This document shows positions 50,298-59,787 of a stretch of DNA of 64,000 bases, piece after piece (the stretch's first letter is position 1; each line of letters begins with the position of its first letter). Both the position numbers and the translations under genes were made by a program. The notes beneath the pieces were generated by a model. That model did not search any database. It worked only from the letters and a program-made list of their open reading frames with translations, and was not told where the DNA came from. This DNA comes from Paenimyroides baculatum. Its GTDB lineage: Bacteria; Bacteroidota; Bacteroidia; Flavobacteriales; Flavobacteriaceae. Location of the stretch: NCBI GenBank assembly GCA_040391685.1, contig JBEBXJ010000004.1, forward strand, positions 1,243-65,242, given 5' to 3'.

Positions 50298-50986
50298 AAT
50301 TGGTTGGTATTAAAAAGTTAATATTCTACAAAGGTGCTAGCTGCCTTGTACCTGTATAGCACAATAGGCATTCCGTACTTAAGCTACCTTTATCATCCGG
50401 TTACCAGAACCATACGTTCCGTTTTTCCAATGGGCACCGATGAACACGGGCATGGTAACAGTTTTATATTTTTTAACATTTTTAACAATTACAAACCCAG
50501 CATCCTGCCCTATCGGGAAAAGCCATATTTATATTTTTTTATAAAAAACCAGGAAACACTTAAAAATAAAATTGTATTAATTTAAATTACAATATTATAT
50601 ATTTTAACAAAAAACAGATAAATTTTTAAATTTTATATTTAAAAGAAAGAATATTAATCTAATATGTTATTATTTATTTGAATGACTTTTTACTGAAACA
50701 AGATCAACGATTTTCAGACCATTTTGAATATTTAGTCTACTAATAGTGGGAATTTTCCACATACGACCCATCTTTCTTATTACTTAACCACGATATTATT
50801 TTTTAGAAATATTTTAAGGAAAATAATTAAAGACAAAAAATAAACAATTGATATTTCATTAAGAAAATCAAAAATTTAATGCTTAAAATTTTATCTCCTT
50901 TATTATGCTTTTACGTATAAAGTAGCCAATTGTTAAATACTAGTACAGAATTTGCCCTTAAACTTCACAAAATAAATATCTCACAT

Positions 50987-51844
50987 ATGAAAAAAAAATT
51001 ATTATTCGACAATCCACCAGAAACAATCACCAAAAGTGAAATAAGTTCCTTTATGAGGATTACCCCACAGTATGAAAGCGATAACTATCAGGGTTCGGGA
51101 AAGTTACTTAACAAAAGCGCCATTGTAACCGCAAGCGATAACGGTGTTGGCAAAGCAGTTTCGATTGCTTTTGCAAAAGAAGGAGCAAATATTGTGATGG
51201 TTTACAACCACCAAAAGTATGAAAAAGAGATTAAGAACATTGTAAAAATAATTGAAGCATTGGGAAGGAAAGTATGGTTGTTTAAATCATGTACTTTTGA
51301 TGAATTTAAATGTAAAAGACTTTTTGAAAATATTATAAAAAAGGTAAAGCATATTGACATTCTGGTAAACACCTTTTCTATTTCAAATAAAAATGACTCA
51401 GATACCGGACATTACCTGTTACGAAAAAACGATACCCTGAAAATACAGTCGTTATTTACCATGGGGCGTCTGGCTCCGGAATATATTGCTCCAAACGGTA
51501 TCATTATCAACTCTGCCACTCTATGCGCTTACGCACAGCCTGACCAATTAATTTTTTATTCTGCTTTAAAAGCCGCTGTAAAAACCTATACCCACGAAAT
51601 GAACCGCATGCTTTCGATAACTAAAAACAGTTTGCGTATAAATGGCATCACAACAGGCTTTATCTGGTCAGACAGTTTTCCTGATGTACTTCCCAACTAC
51701 CATAACCTTCTATCAAAAATCAATTCAAGTGCCCCTATCCACCCTTATGAGGTTGCTCCGCTATATGTTTTTGTTGCATCTGAAGAAGCAAAACCAATAG
51801 CTGGTGAAACGCTTGATGCCGGAGGAAAGATCTATAACTATTAA
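50987..51844 (+). CDS. Divergent SDR oxidoreductase paralog (YghA/YdaD-like)
   Basis: YQGSGKL, TASDNGVGKAV.IAFAKEGA, YSALK, EVAPLYVFVAS; start moved to ATG 50987. Confidence 0.8.
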   Translation: MKKKLLFDNPPETITKSEISSFMRITPQYESDNYQGSGKLLNKSAIVTASDNGVGKAVSIAFAKEGANIVMVYNHQKYEKEIKNIVKIIEALGRKVWLFKSCTFDEFKCKRLFENIIKKVKHIDILVNTFSISNKNDSDTGHYLLRKNDTLKIQSLFTMGRLAPEYIAPNGIIINSATLCAYAQPDQLIFYSALKAAVKTYTHEMNRMLSITKNSLRINGITTGFIWSDSFPDVLPNYHNLLSKINSSAPIHPYEVAPLYVFVASEEAKPIAGETLDAGGKIYNY

Positions 51845-51856
51845 AAAAGTATTATT

Positions 51857-52744
51857 ATGAAAGAAAAAAAAGAAAACAACATCCGTAACCATCCCGAACC
51901 ACCTTTTAACGAACCAAGGCAGATACCACCCGCATCGGAAGAACAAATGGAGTTACAACCCGACCACGGTGAACTTACCTACAAAGGCTACAACCGGATG
52001 AAAGACAAATGTGTACTGATTACCGGCGGAGATTCAGGTATTGGTAAAGCCGTTGCGATTGCTTTTGCACGTGAAGGTGCCGATATTGTCATATCATACT
52101 TAAGCGACGTGGAAGACAACGATGCAAAAGATACCGCCGAATGGGTAAGGAAAGCCGGACGGGAAGCCTTACTATTTAAAGGCGACATCAACAAGAAGGA
52201 AATATGCCAGCTATTGATTGAAACCACCATTCAGAAATTCAAGAAAATAGACGTACTTATTAACAATGCCGCTTTCCAGATGGGGCGTGAAACAATTGAT
52301 GAAATAAGCACGGAAGAATGGGAACTAACCTTTGACACCAACGTACTGGCAATGTTTCACTTATGCAAATTAAGTATTCCGTTTATGCCTAAAGACAGTA
52401 GCATTATTAATACCACATCGGTGAATGCCTACCAGCCCAACCCTACCCTTTTACCCTATGCAGCAACTAAAGCTGCTATACAGAACTATACTGCTAATTT
52501 AAATCAAATGCTGATTGAGCAAAAAAAAGACATCCGTGTAAATGCCGTTGCACCGGGACCGGTTTGGACACCACTGATTCCAAGTACGGTTATTGACTAT
52601 AAGGATTTTGGAAAAGACACCGCATTAAAAAGACCCGGACAACCTGTTGAAATTGCTCCGATTTACGTATTTCTGGCTTCGGCAGAAGCTTCGTATATCG
52701 GCGGAATCACCATTCCGGCTACCGGTGGAAAAATTGCGTACTAA
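51857..52744 (+). CDS. SDR oxidoreductase (YghA/YdaD general stress type)
   Basis: PDHGE.TYKG, TGGDSGIG, NNAAFQ, YAATK, VAPGPVWTPL, RPGQP. Confidence 0.95.
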   Translation: MKEKKENNIRNHPEPPFNEPRQIPPASEEQMELQPDHGELTYKGYNRMKDKCVLITGGDSGIGKAVAIAFAREGADIVISYLSDVEDNDAKDTAEWVRKAGREALLFKGDINKKEICQLLIETTIQKFKKIDVLINNAAFQMGRETIDEISTEEWELTFDTNVLAMFHLCKLSIPFMPKDSSIINTTSVNAYQPNPTLLPYAATKAAIQNYTANLNQMLIEQKKDIRVNAVAPGPVWTPLIPSTVIDYKDFGKDTALKRPGQPVEIAPIYVFLASAEASYIGGITIPATGGKIAY

Positions 52745-52765
52745 CATTTAACTTCGTTAAAACAT

Positions 52766-53260
52766 ATGACAGAAATAAGCATTTTAAACTGCTGTGCCTT
52801 ATTAGCCGAAAGAAAACTGAAAATTGCTTTTACAGAAAGTGCTACCGCAGGAGCACTTTCTGTTGCTTTTGCGCTAACGCCTTATTCAGGCGATATTTTA
52901 CTTGGCAGCATTGTTTGTTATGATGCCGATGAAAAAGTTAAAATTCTTAATATTCCGAAAACACTGATAGAACAATATACACCCGAGTCGGCCGAAGTTA
53001 CTGCCTGCATGGCCTCACATGCAAAAAAAATGTTCACCAAGGCAGACATTGTGGTTGCAGTTACCGGGCTTATCAAAGAAGGCGGCAGCGAAACCCCTGA
53101 AAAACCTGTGGGTACAATGTTCATTGACTTTATTTTTCCTGACGACCATTTTCAGGTTAAAGAGGTTTTTAAAGGAAATTCTAACCAAATAGTTCACCAA
53201 ACCATAAAAAAAATTGCCGATATCATTACAATGCGCTTAACCGAAAGTAACAACAATTAA
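52766..53260 (+). CDS. CinA/PncC family protein
   Basis: TESATAG, VTG...GG....KPVGT. Confidence 0.9.
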   Translation: MTEISILNCCALLAERKLKIAFTESATAGALSVAFALTPYSGDILLGSIVCYDADEKVKILNIPKTLIEQYTPESAEVTACMASHAKKMFTKADIVVAVTGLIKEGGSETPEKPVGTMFIDFIFPDDHFQVKEVFKGNSNQIVHQTIKKIADIITMRLTESNNN

Positions 53261-53268
53261 ATCATAAA

Positions 53269-53296
53269 AAACCTCTCTTAAATTTAAGAGAGGTTT
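53269..53296. terminator. Perfect 28-bp palindrome between convergent genes
   Basis: AAACCTCTCTTAAA|TTTAAGAGAGGTTT. Confidence 0.75.
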
Positions 53297-53315
53297 AACC
53301 AAAGAGATTAAAAAT

Positions 53316-53642
53316 TTAATCTTCAAAATATTTATTTTCTTTTTCATCATTAACAATATCCCTATTAAAATCTTTATCGTTATTTCTAACGTCGGTATTC
53401 ATACCATCCTGATTTTTAGAACCTTCATATCTCCTTTCATCCTGATTGGTTCGATGTTCTTCTGTTCGGTGTTTGTTTAAATTGGTAGTTTCGTTTTCAC
53501 GATTTCTATCGGTATTTTTATCCTGATTATTTCGGATCTCCCGATCGTGTTGATTTTCAAAAGCTTGATCATTACTTTTTTGATTTTGCGGATTATTGTT
53601 TCTGTTTCCGTCTTTTTCCGGGTTTCTCTTATTATTTTCCAT
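53316..53642 (-). CDS. Hydrophilic low-complexity (hydrophilin-like) protein
   Basis: 108 aa almost entirely N/D/E/R/K/Q; ATG after A-rich leader, ends near palindromic terminator. Confidence 0.7.
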   Translation of the reverse strand: MENNKRNPEKDGNRNNNPQNQKSNDQAFENQHDREIRNNQDKNTDRNRENETTNLNKHRTEEHRTNQDERRYEGSKNQDGMNTDVRNNDKDFNRDIVNDEKENKYFED

Positions 53643-54293
53643 AATTTTACAGATTATAGGTTGTTATTAAAAGTTAATGGATTTACTTAAAGTACTTTAC
53701 CTTAATTATAAAGCCATGTTTATTTTTCTTATTTCATTTTATCTGGGTACTTCCCTTAATATAACTTTCAATAAACAGTCCAATCTGTTCCTATTAATAT
53801 TCGATGAGAAAAACCTACTAAAAATTTTTTAGTCGGCATCCCGCAAAAAATATAACAACTTTCTTTTTAACATTTAAATATGATAGTATAAACTGCCCTT
53901 TTAAATCAGAATTTAAAAATAAAGTTCTTTTACAAAATAATAAATATCATTTTTTTTATCAAATTATTACTTATAAATATAATTATTAACATTAGATATA
54001 TATTTTTAATATTAAAAAAACCAATATTAACAATTATATTCAAAATAAATAATTTCACAATTTTATAATAAAAATAAAAAACAAACTAAAAAAATTGTAA
54101 AAAAAATACATTGATCGTGAAAATAATACCCAAAATGTTGATTAATATAAAAAACGTATTTATTAAACATACTCAATTTATAATATAAATTTGTAATCGG
54201 TATATTATTTGTTTATTTAATTATCTTATTTTTCTTATTTCATTTTATAGTCAGTAATTGATCCGCATGAAGCGAATCGGTAAATTATATATT

Positions 54294-54539
54294 ATGAAAG
54301 AAAAAATCTTTAATTACTTAGGATTAAGTATTTTAGCAGCTGTATTAAGTATAACTGCTGCTTGCAAGGACAACAGAAAAACAAACGAAATCAACCATTA
54401 TGATTCGTTAGATCGTTATGAAGATACACTAAATGAAACGAGACAACCTGACAGAACTATGGAAGATAACCATTCTGAAGAAGACTATCAAGATATGTCC
54501 GACACCATAGGTATAGGAACACCAACAACTTACAATTAA
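54294..54539 (+). CDS. Small lipoprotein
   Basis: Start moved to ATG 54294; MKEK + hydrophobic core + TAAC lipobox; acidic tail; terminator-like hairpin at 54594-54633. Confidence 0.7.
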   Translation: MKEKIFNYLGLSILAAVLSITAACKDNRKTNEINHYDSLDRYEDTLNETRQPDRTMEDNHSEEDYQDMSDTIGIGTPTTYN

Positions 54540-54707
54540 AATTCGACATTAAATTATTAATAAGTACAACAAGTAGTTGATGTTCATTATTTTTAAAGCT
54601 GTACCGGTATTGTATAAATCCGATGCAGCTTTATTTATTATTTTGATTTTTTCAAGGCATTAAATTTGTTTGTATTTTAATAATATCTCATTTTTTAAAT
54701 ACCCATT

Positions 54708-55316
54708 ATGAAAAAAACTACCGAAACAATTTTAAGAAAAACGAAAATTATTACATTATTAGCCGGTATATTTTCTATTTTCCTGCTAACAAGCGCATGT
54801 CATTGCGATGATGATGATGAAAAAATAGCCAATAATAAAGTATTGCTTTTAAAATTCGATAATAAATCACATGATTTTATAGCCGGTAAAGAATATAAAT
54901 ATTTTAATGATACCGAAAGCTTCACTTTAACCCTAACTACTGAAAATAAGGAGAATGAATTCCTATCAAACATTACCTACAAAGAAGCAAATGCCCTTTT
55001 ATTAAAAACAACAAGCACATTTGCCCCCAATGAAGGTAGAATAATTATACCGGAAGATTTCAGTCCGGCAGAAAGATTTGACTATGTTTTAACGAATGAT
55101 TTTGTATTGCCGCAAAACGGTTATAATACAATCGGAGAATCTCCTTTAGATGAACCGTTATTTATGAAGATGTGGGCTAAAGTTCAAAACCTGAAAAAAA
55201 TAAGGGAATATATGCATATTAATCCGGAACAACAGATACAGATATTTTTACATCAAGCTGTTATAGAAAATCACGATAACGAAAACAACCACTGGATTTT
55301 CTTTATAAAAAACTAA
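54708..55316 (+). CDS. Hypothetical lipoprotein
   Basis: Lipobox TSAC followed by acidic HCDDDDEK; ends WIFFIKN. Confidence 0.75.
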   Translation: MKKTTETILRKTKIITLLAGIFSIFLLTSACHCDDDDEKIANNKVLLLKFDNKSHDFIAGKEYKYFNDTESFTLTLTTENKENEFLSNITYKEANALLLKTTSTFAPNEGRIIIPEDFSPAERFDYVLTNDFVLPQNGYNTIGESPLDEPLFMKMWAKVQNLKKIREYMHINPEQQIQIFLHQAVIENHDNENNHWIFFIKN

Positions 55317-55395
55317 TCACGTCGCCTTTCAACAAAAAGCAAAACATAAATTATATTGACTGTTACTAACTTTACACCAAGATATGTTTAGGCTC

Positions 55396-55478
55396 GTCAC
55401 TTCGAATAGCGTATCGAGAAGTCTTTAAATTATAAGTTCTCGACAAGCTCCGGTTCTCGACTCCGCTCGAACTGACGA
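55396..55478 (-). repeat. REP-like palindromic element, copy 2 (inverted relative to copy 1)
   Basis: Reverse complement matches 48295-48345 with 3 mismatches, then CTTCTCGATA-CGCTATTCGAAGTGAC. Confidence 0.85.
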
Positions 55479-55570
55479 AATTTTTAATTATATTCCGGTT
55501 TGGTATAAACTTGGTGGTAATCATTTAAATGATTATAAACCATTATCTTTATGTAGGATAAATTCATTTT

Positions 55571-56254
55571 ATGGAAACAGATGGTCTTTTGTTTGGCACC
55601 ACGGGTATTTCATTCATACTGTCAATTGCCTTACGCACATTAATAATGTTCCTTATCATTTTAATATTTTTAAGGGTATTGGGAAAGCGCGGTGTAAAGC
55701 AGTTATCGGTTTTTGAACTCGTAGTTATTTTAGGTTTAGGTTCGGCAGCTGGCGATCCAATGATTTATAAAGAAATTGGTCTTTTAAGTGCCTTTACTGC
55801 ATTTGCCATAATTGCAATTTGCTATAAGCTACTTACACTTTTGGTTTTTAAGTTTAAATGGATTGAATATCTTATTGAAGGAAAAGAAGTTTACATTATA
55901 AAAAAAGGAAAATTTGCTATTGATGAATTTAAAAAAGAAACATTAAGTAAAGATGAGTTTTTCATGGAATTAAGGCTTAGTGGGGTATTTCATTTGGGTC
56001 AGGTAGAATATGCCATTTTAGAAACAACTGGAGAAGTAAGCGTTTATTTTTATGAGAATGAACAAATAAAATATGGTTTGCCAATATTACCTGATTCATT
56101 AAAAAAAATTGTAAAAGTATTCAATGAAGATACATATTATTCGTGTACTTTTTGCGGTCAAACACTTATATACAATATTAAAAACAGCTTTGTATGCCCT
56201 AACTGTCATAAAACAGAATGGGTGAAAGCAAGCAACAGAAAAGTAACAAGATAG
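55571..56254 (+). CDS. DUF421 (YetF-like) membrane protein with C-terminal Cys cluster
   Basis: LRVLGKRGVKQLS.FE, GSAAGDPM, AILETTGEVS, CTFC...CPNC. Confidence 0.9.
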   Translation: METDGLLFGTTGISFILSIALRTLIMFLIILIFLRVLGKRGVKQLSVFELVVILGLGSAAGDPMIYKEIGLLSAFTAFAIIAICYKLLTLLVFKFKWIEYLIEGKEVYIIKKGKFAIDEFKKETLSKDEFFMELRLSGVFHLGQVEYAILETTGEVSVYFYENEQIKYGLPILPDSLKKIVKVFNEDTYYSCTFCGQTLIYNIKNSFVCPNCHKTEWVKASNRKVTR

Positions 56255-56388
56255 TTTAAATTATAAAAAATAGTTTATCTTAAACCAATTGTTTTGCGTA
56301 ATTTTAATTACAATTTAAAGTTTAGAACTGTAGTAAGGTAATTACAATCTTTCACTTAGAAAGTGCGTTCTCACCTTTAGTTCTTTTT

Positions 56389-56423
56389 GGTAATGCTTAT
56401 CTTTATGGTAGGCATTATCTTTT
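56389..56423 (+). terminator. Terminator hairpin downstream of the DUF421 gene
   Basis: GGTAATGCTTATC-TTTAT-GGTAGGCATTATC followed by TTTT. Confidence 0.65.
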
Positions 56424-56532
56424 AGCACATATAACAAACGGAGTTTTTATTTATTAAATGGTATTTTATGCAGTTTGCAGACATTTTATAGCGGATAAAG
56501 ACAGTAGTTAAAAAAAATGTTTTTATATTTGT

Positions 56533-56695
56533 GAACTCACCTTTTTGATTCGAAAAACTCCGTTACACAATGGCTTTTTGTCCTCCGCTAATGGGGTTTT
56601 TTACTCAAAAAGAATTAAAAGGTGAGATATTTAATTTGTGCGGAGGACTTTTTATTTCTTCAAAAAAGTCCTTAAATATCTCAGTAAGTTTTTAT
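56533..56695 (+). ncRNA. Candidate stand-alone structured small RNA
   Basis: TATATTTG box at 56524-56531, then several helices of 8-15 bp and a T-tract; no credible plus-strand gene follows. Confidence 0.6.
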
Positions 56696-56699
56696 TACA

Positions 56700-57608
56700 T
56701 TATTCTTTTACCTGAATACGCTGTTTTTTCATCTTATCAATTTTACCGGGGCTTCCAAAAACGTAAAACCATTTTTCCTTAAAACTTTTTGCTGATTTTA
56801 TGTCTTTCAGCATACTGTCGTATTCATGAAAATTCAAGTGCAGCGGGTTTAATTTATGATCGATCTTATGAGTAATTCCATAGGTTGGCTTCTCTTCTTC
56901 CAATTGATACGTTCCAAAAAATTTATCCCAAAAAATAAAGATGGCAGCAAAATTTTTATCGATGTATTTTTCGTCTGATCCATGATGAACCCTATGATTT
57001 GAAGGCGTAACAAACAGAATTTCGAAAATTCTGGGTAGTTTGCCAATGTACTCGGTATGCTGCCAAAACTGAAATAATACCGATATTTGGTTTACAATGA
57101 AAAATATTACAGGATGAAATCCTAAAAACGCTACCGGTAAAAAGAAAAGTATTTTAAAATGTTGTACCCAGCTTAATCTAAATGATACGGTTAAGTTATA
57201 ATTATCTGCACTATGGTGTATTACATGTGTTGCCCAAAAAAAACGGTTAAAATGCGAAACGCGGTGCGCCCAGTAACTACATAAATCGTAAATCAACAAG
57301 CACGGAAACAATGTCCACCAGTTTAATTCCATTCTCCACGGAATTACGTTATATATGTAAACCGCTCCTGAAATAAAAACAACTTTTAAAACCAGATTAA
57401 TTGCCACATTTCCCAACCCGACAAATAAAGACCCTAAGCTTTCTTTAGTATTATAATTTCTTTTTTCGGAATACCACGAATACCAAATTTCCAAGCCCGT
57501 AAAAAATGCCATTAAAGGAATCGCGTAAATAATTAAATCGCCAGATTGTTGTTCTAATTCTTTAATGTTTTCATATGAAATGGGTGATGCACCAAAAAAG
57601 TTACTCAT
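56700..57608 (-). CDS. Sterol desaturase/fatty acid hydroxylase family protein
   Basis: His boxes HRVSH, HVIHH, QFWQHT, HRVHH. Confidence 0.93.
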   Translation of the reverse strand: MSNFFGASPISYENIKELEQQSGDLIIYAIPLMAFFTGLEIWYSWYSEKRNYNTKESLGSLFVGLGNVAINLVLKVVFISGAVYIYNVIPWRMELNWWTLFPCLLIYDLCSYWAHRVSHFNRFFWATHVIHHSADNYNLTVSFRLSWVQHFKILFFLPVAFLGFHPVIFFIVNQISVLFQFWQHTEYIGKLPRIFEILFVTPSNHRVHHGSDEKYIDKNFAAIFIFWDKFFGTYQLEEEKPTYGITHKIDHKLNPLHLNFHEYDSMLKDIKSAKSFKEKWFYVFGSPGKIDKMKKQRIQVKE

Positions 57609-57833
57609 TCTTAATTAATTTTTGTTTCGCAAGTTAATACACACTAATTGTGCCTAATTTTTGAAGATAGTTATTAATACAAGAAGAACCAAATCCTGCA
57701 GAAAGGTTAACATTAAAAATACATAATAGTAAAGCAGTCATATATAAATTTTACCTTTTCAAATAAAACAAAGAACACTTCATTAAGTGACTTGTTTTTG
57801 ATAAATTTGTAATACTTAAAGTCTTATTTAAAA

Positions 57834-59090
57834 ATGGAAAACAAACAACATATTATTAACCGATTTATAAGTTATGTAACTGTTGATACAGAATCGGACC
57901 CAAATTCAGAAACTACTCCATCAACCAAAAAACAGTGGGATTTAGCAAACAAATTAGTCGAAGAGTTAAAACAAATTGGTTTAGAAGAAGTAACAATCGA
58001 CGAAAATGCCTACATAATGGCTACTTTACCAAGCAATGTTTCGCACGAAGTTCCTACAATCGGATTTGTTTCGCATTTTGATACTTCGCCAGATTTTACA
58101 GGTGCAAACGTAAAACCACAGATTGTCGAAAATTATGACGGAGGTGATATCCTTTTAAATAAAGAACAAAATATTGTATTGTCACCTAGTTATTTTGATG
58201 ATTTACTACAATATAAAGGTCAAACATTAATTACCACAGACGGTACAACTTTATTAGGTGCCGATGATAAAGCAGGAATCTGCGAAATTGTTTCAGCAAT
58301 GGAATATTTAGTTCAACACCCTGAAATTAAACACGGAAAAATCAGAATTGGATTTACTCCAGACGAAGAAATTGGTCGTGGTGCTCATAAATTCGATGTT
58401 GAAAAATTCGGAGCTGAATGGGCTTATACTATGGATGGGAGCCAGATTGGCGAGTTGGAATACGAAAATTTTAATGCTGCAGGTGTTAAACTGATTTTTA
58501 AAGGAAAAAGCGTACATCCTGGTTATGCCAAAGGAAAAATGATCAACTCAATGCTTTTGGCTAACAAATTTATTTCAAAATTACCATCTAAAGAAGTTCC
58601 TGAAAAAACAACTGGTTACGAAGGTTTTTTTCATGTGAACAATATTACAGGATCAATTGAAGAAACTGAAGTGCATTTGATTATTCGCGACCACAGCATG
58701 AAGAAATTCAATAAACGCAAAAAATTAATCAAAGAAATGGTTGATAAATTCAATAAAAAATATGCCGAGAAATTTGGTGATAATATTGTTGAATGCGAAA
58801 TAAATGATCAATATTTCAACATGAAAGAAAAGGTTGAACCTGTTATGTTTATTGTTGACATTGCAGAAGAAGCTATGAAAAGTTTAAATATTCAGCCTAT
58901 AATTAAACCTATTCGTGGTGGAACTGATGGTTCTCAACTTTCGTACATGGGTTTACCGTGCCCTAATATTTTTGCTGGTGGGCACAATTTTCACGGAAAG
59001 TACGAATACGTTCCTGTTGAAAGTATCTTAAAAGCTACAGAAGTTATTGTTAAAATAGCAGAAATTACTGCAAATAGAAAATTTAATTAA
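57834..59090 (+). CDS. pepT: Peptidase T
   Basis: [37 protein letters not shown]; TAAATTTG at 57802-57809. Confidence 0.98.
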   Translation: MENKQHIINRFISYVTVDTESDPNSETTPSTKKQWDLANKLVEELKQIGLEEVTIDENAYIMATLPSNVSHEVPTIGFVSHFDTSPDFTGANVKPQIVENYDGGDILLNKEQNIVLSPSYFDDLLQYKGQTLITTDGTTLLGADDKAGICEIVSAMEYLVQHPEIKHGKIRIGFTPDEEIGRGAHKFDVEKFGAEWAYTMDGSQIGELEYENFNAAGVKLIFKGKSVHPGYAKGKMINSMLLANKFISKLPSKEVPEKTTGYEGFFHVNNITGSIEETEVHLIIRDHSMKKFNKRKKLIKEMVDKFNKKYAEKFGDNIVECEINDQYFNMKEKVEPVMFIVDIAEEAMKSLNIQPIIKPIRGGTDGSQLSYMGLPCPNIFAGGHNFHGKYEYVPVESILKATEVIVKIAEITANRKFN

Positions 59091-59122
59091 AAAATAAGCT
59101 GCTTTAAAGCAGCTTATTTTTT
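59089..59122. terminator. Perfect 34-bp palindrome, bidirectional terminator
   Basis: AAAAAATAAGCTGCTTT|AAAGCAGCTTATTTTTT. Confidence 0.8.
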
Positions 59123-59767
59123 TTCACCGTTTAAATTGGTAAGTAATATATCTGTCATGTAATCTACAAAAGGTCTTGATTTTTTGAAAACGTTTGCTGC
59201 TTCTTTATAAAAATCAGGACTTAAAACTTCTTTGTCGGTGAATTTATGAATCAGTAAAAACTGTTTTTTCTTTAATAAGGCAATTCGTTCGTGAGTTTTA
59301 TCGAAACCTTTTGGAGCTGTTTTAACTTCATCACCTTCCAAATTTCCAAATGTAGCTTTAATGTCTTTGGAATTCAATATGGTTTCCAATTCATCATCTA
59401 ATTCGATTTCTTTGCGAATTCGCAATAAGTCTTCTTTATTCGGATCGAAAAAACCAATGCCAATAAAAGATTTTCCTGGTTCTATATGCAGATAGTATCC
59501 ACCACGAAAATCGGGTTGTAATCTGCCCATATACATTGAAAAATGTGTTTTGTAGGGTGTTTTATCCGCAGAAAATCTAACGTCACGATAAATTCTGTAA
59601 ATTTTTAAGGATTCTAAATGATCAACTGCTTTTAAATCGTTATAAACATTATTAAACAATTCGGCAGCTTTGCTTTTAGCATTTTCAAAAACATTCTTAT
59701 TTTCAACAAACCATTCACGGTTATTGTTTTTTTCTAACTTTGTTATAAAATCTAAAACCTGTTGCAT
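59114..59767 (-). CDS. DUF2461 family protein
   Basis: NNNREWF, YRIYRDVRFS.DKTPYK, GYYLHIEPG. Confidence 0.92.
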   Translation of the reverse strand: MQQVLDFITKLEKNNNREWFVENKNVFENAKSKAAELFNNVYNDLKAVDHLESLKIYRIYRDVRFSADKTPYKTHFSMYMGRLQPDFRGGYYLHIEPGKSFIGIGFFDPNKEDLLRIRKEIELDDELETILNSKDIKATFGNLEGDEVKTAPKGFDKTHERIALLKKKQFLLIHKFTDKEVLSPDFYKEAANVFKKSRPFVDYMTDILLTNLNGEKK

Positions 59768-59787
59768 TTTTTTAATTAAAGATACTA

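Noticed and set aside
50334-50585. 83-aa plus-strand ORF
   Set aside because: GTG start, no recognisable motif, overlaps the KGG promoter region
53643-54290. 650-bp very AT-rich gap as hidden gene or replication origin
   Set aside because: No convincing ORF, DnaA-box cluster or stable structure seen; likely a divergent promoter region
56570-56782. 70-aa plus-strand ORF as a type I toxin
   Set aside because: No clear TM helix, runs through the terminal hairpin and overlaps the convergent desaturase; RNA structure explains the sequence better
59089-59122. Loopless perfect palindromes (also 20593 and 53269) as recombination sites
   Set aside because: Sequences are unrelated and each lies between convergent genes, fitting bidirectional terminators
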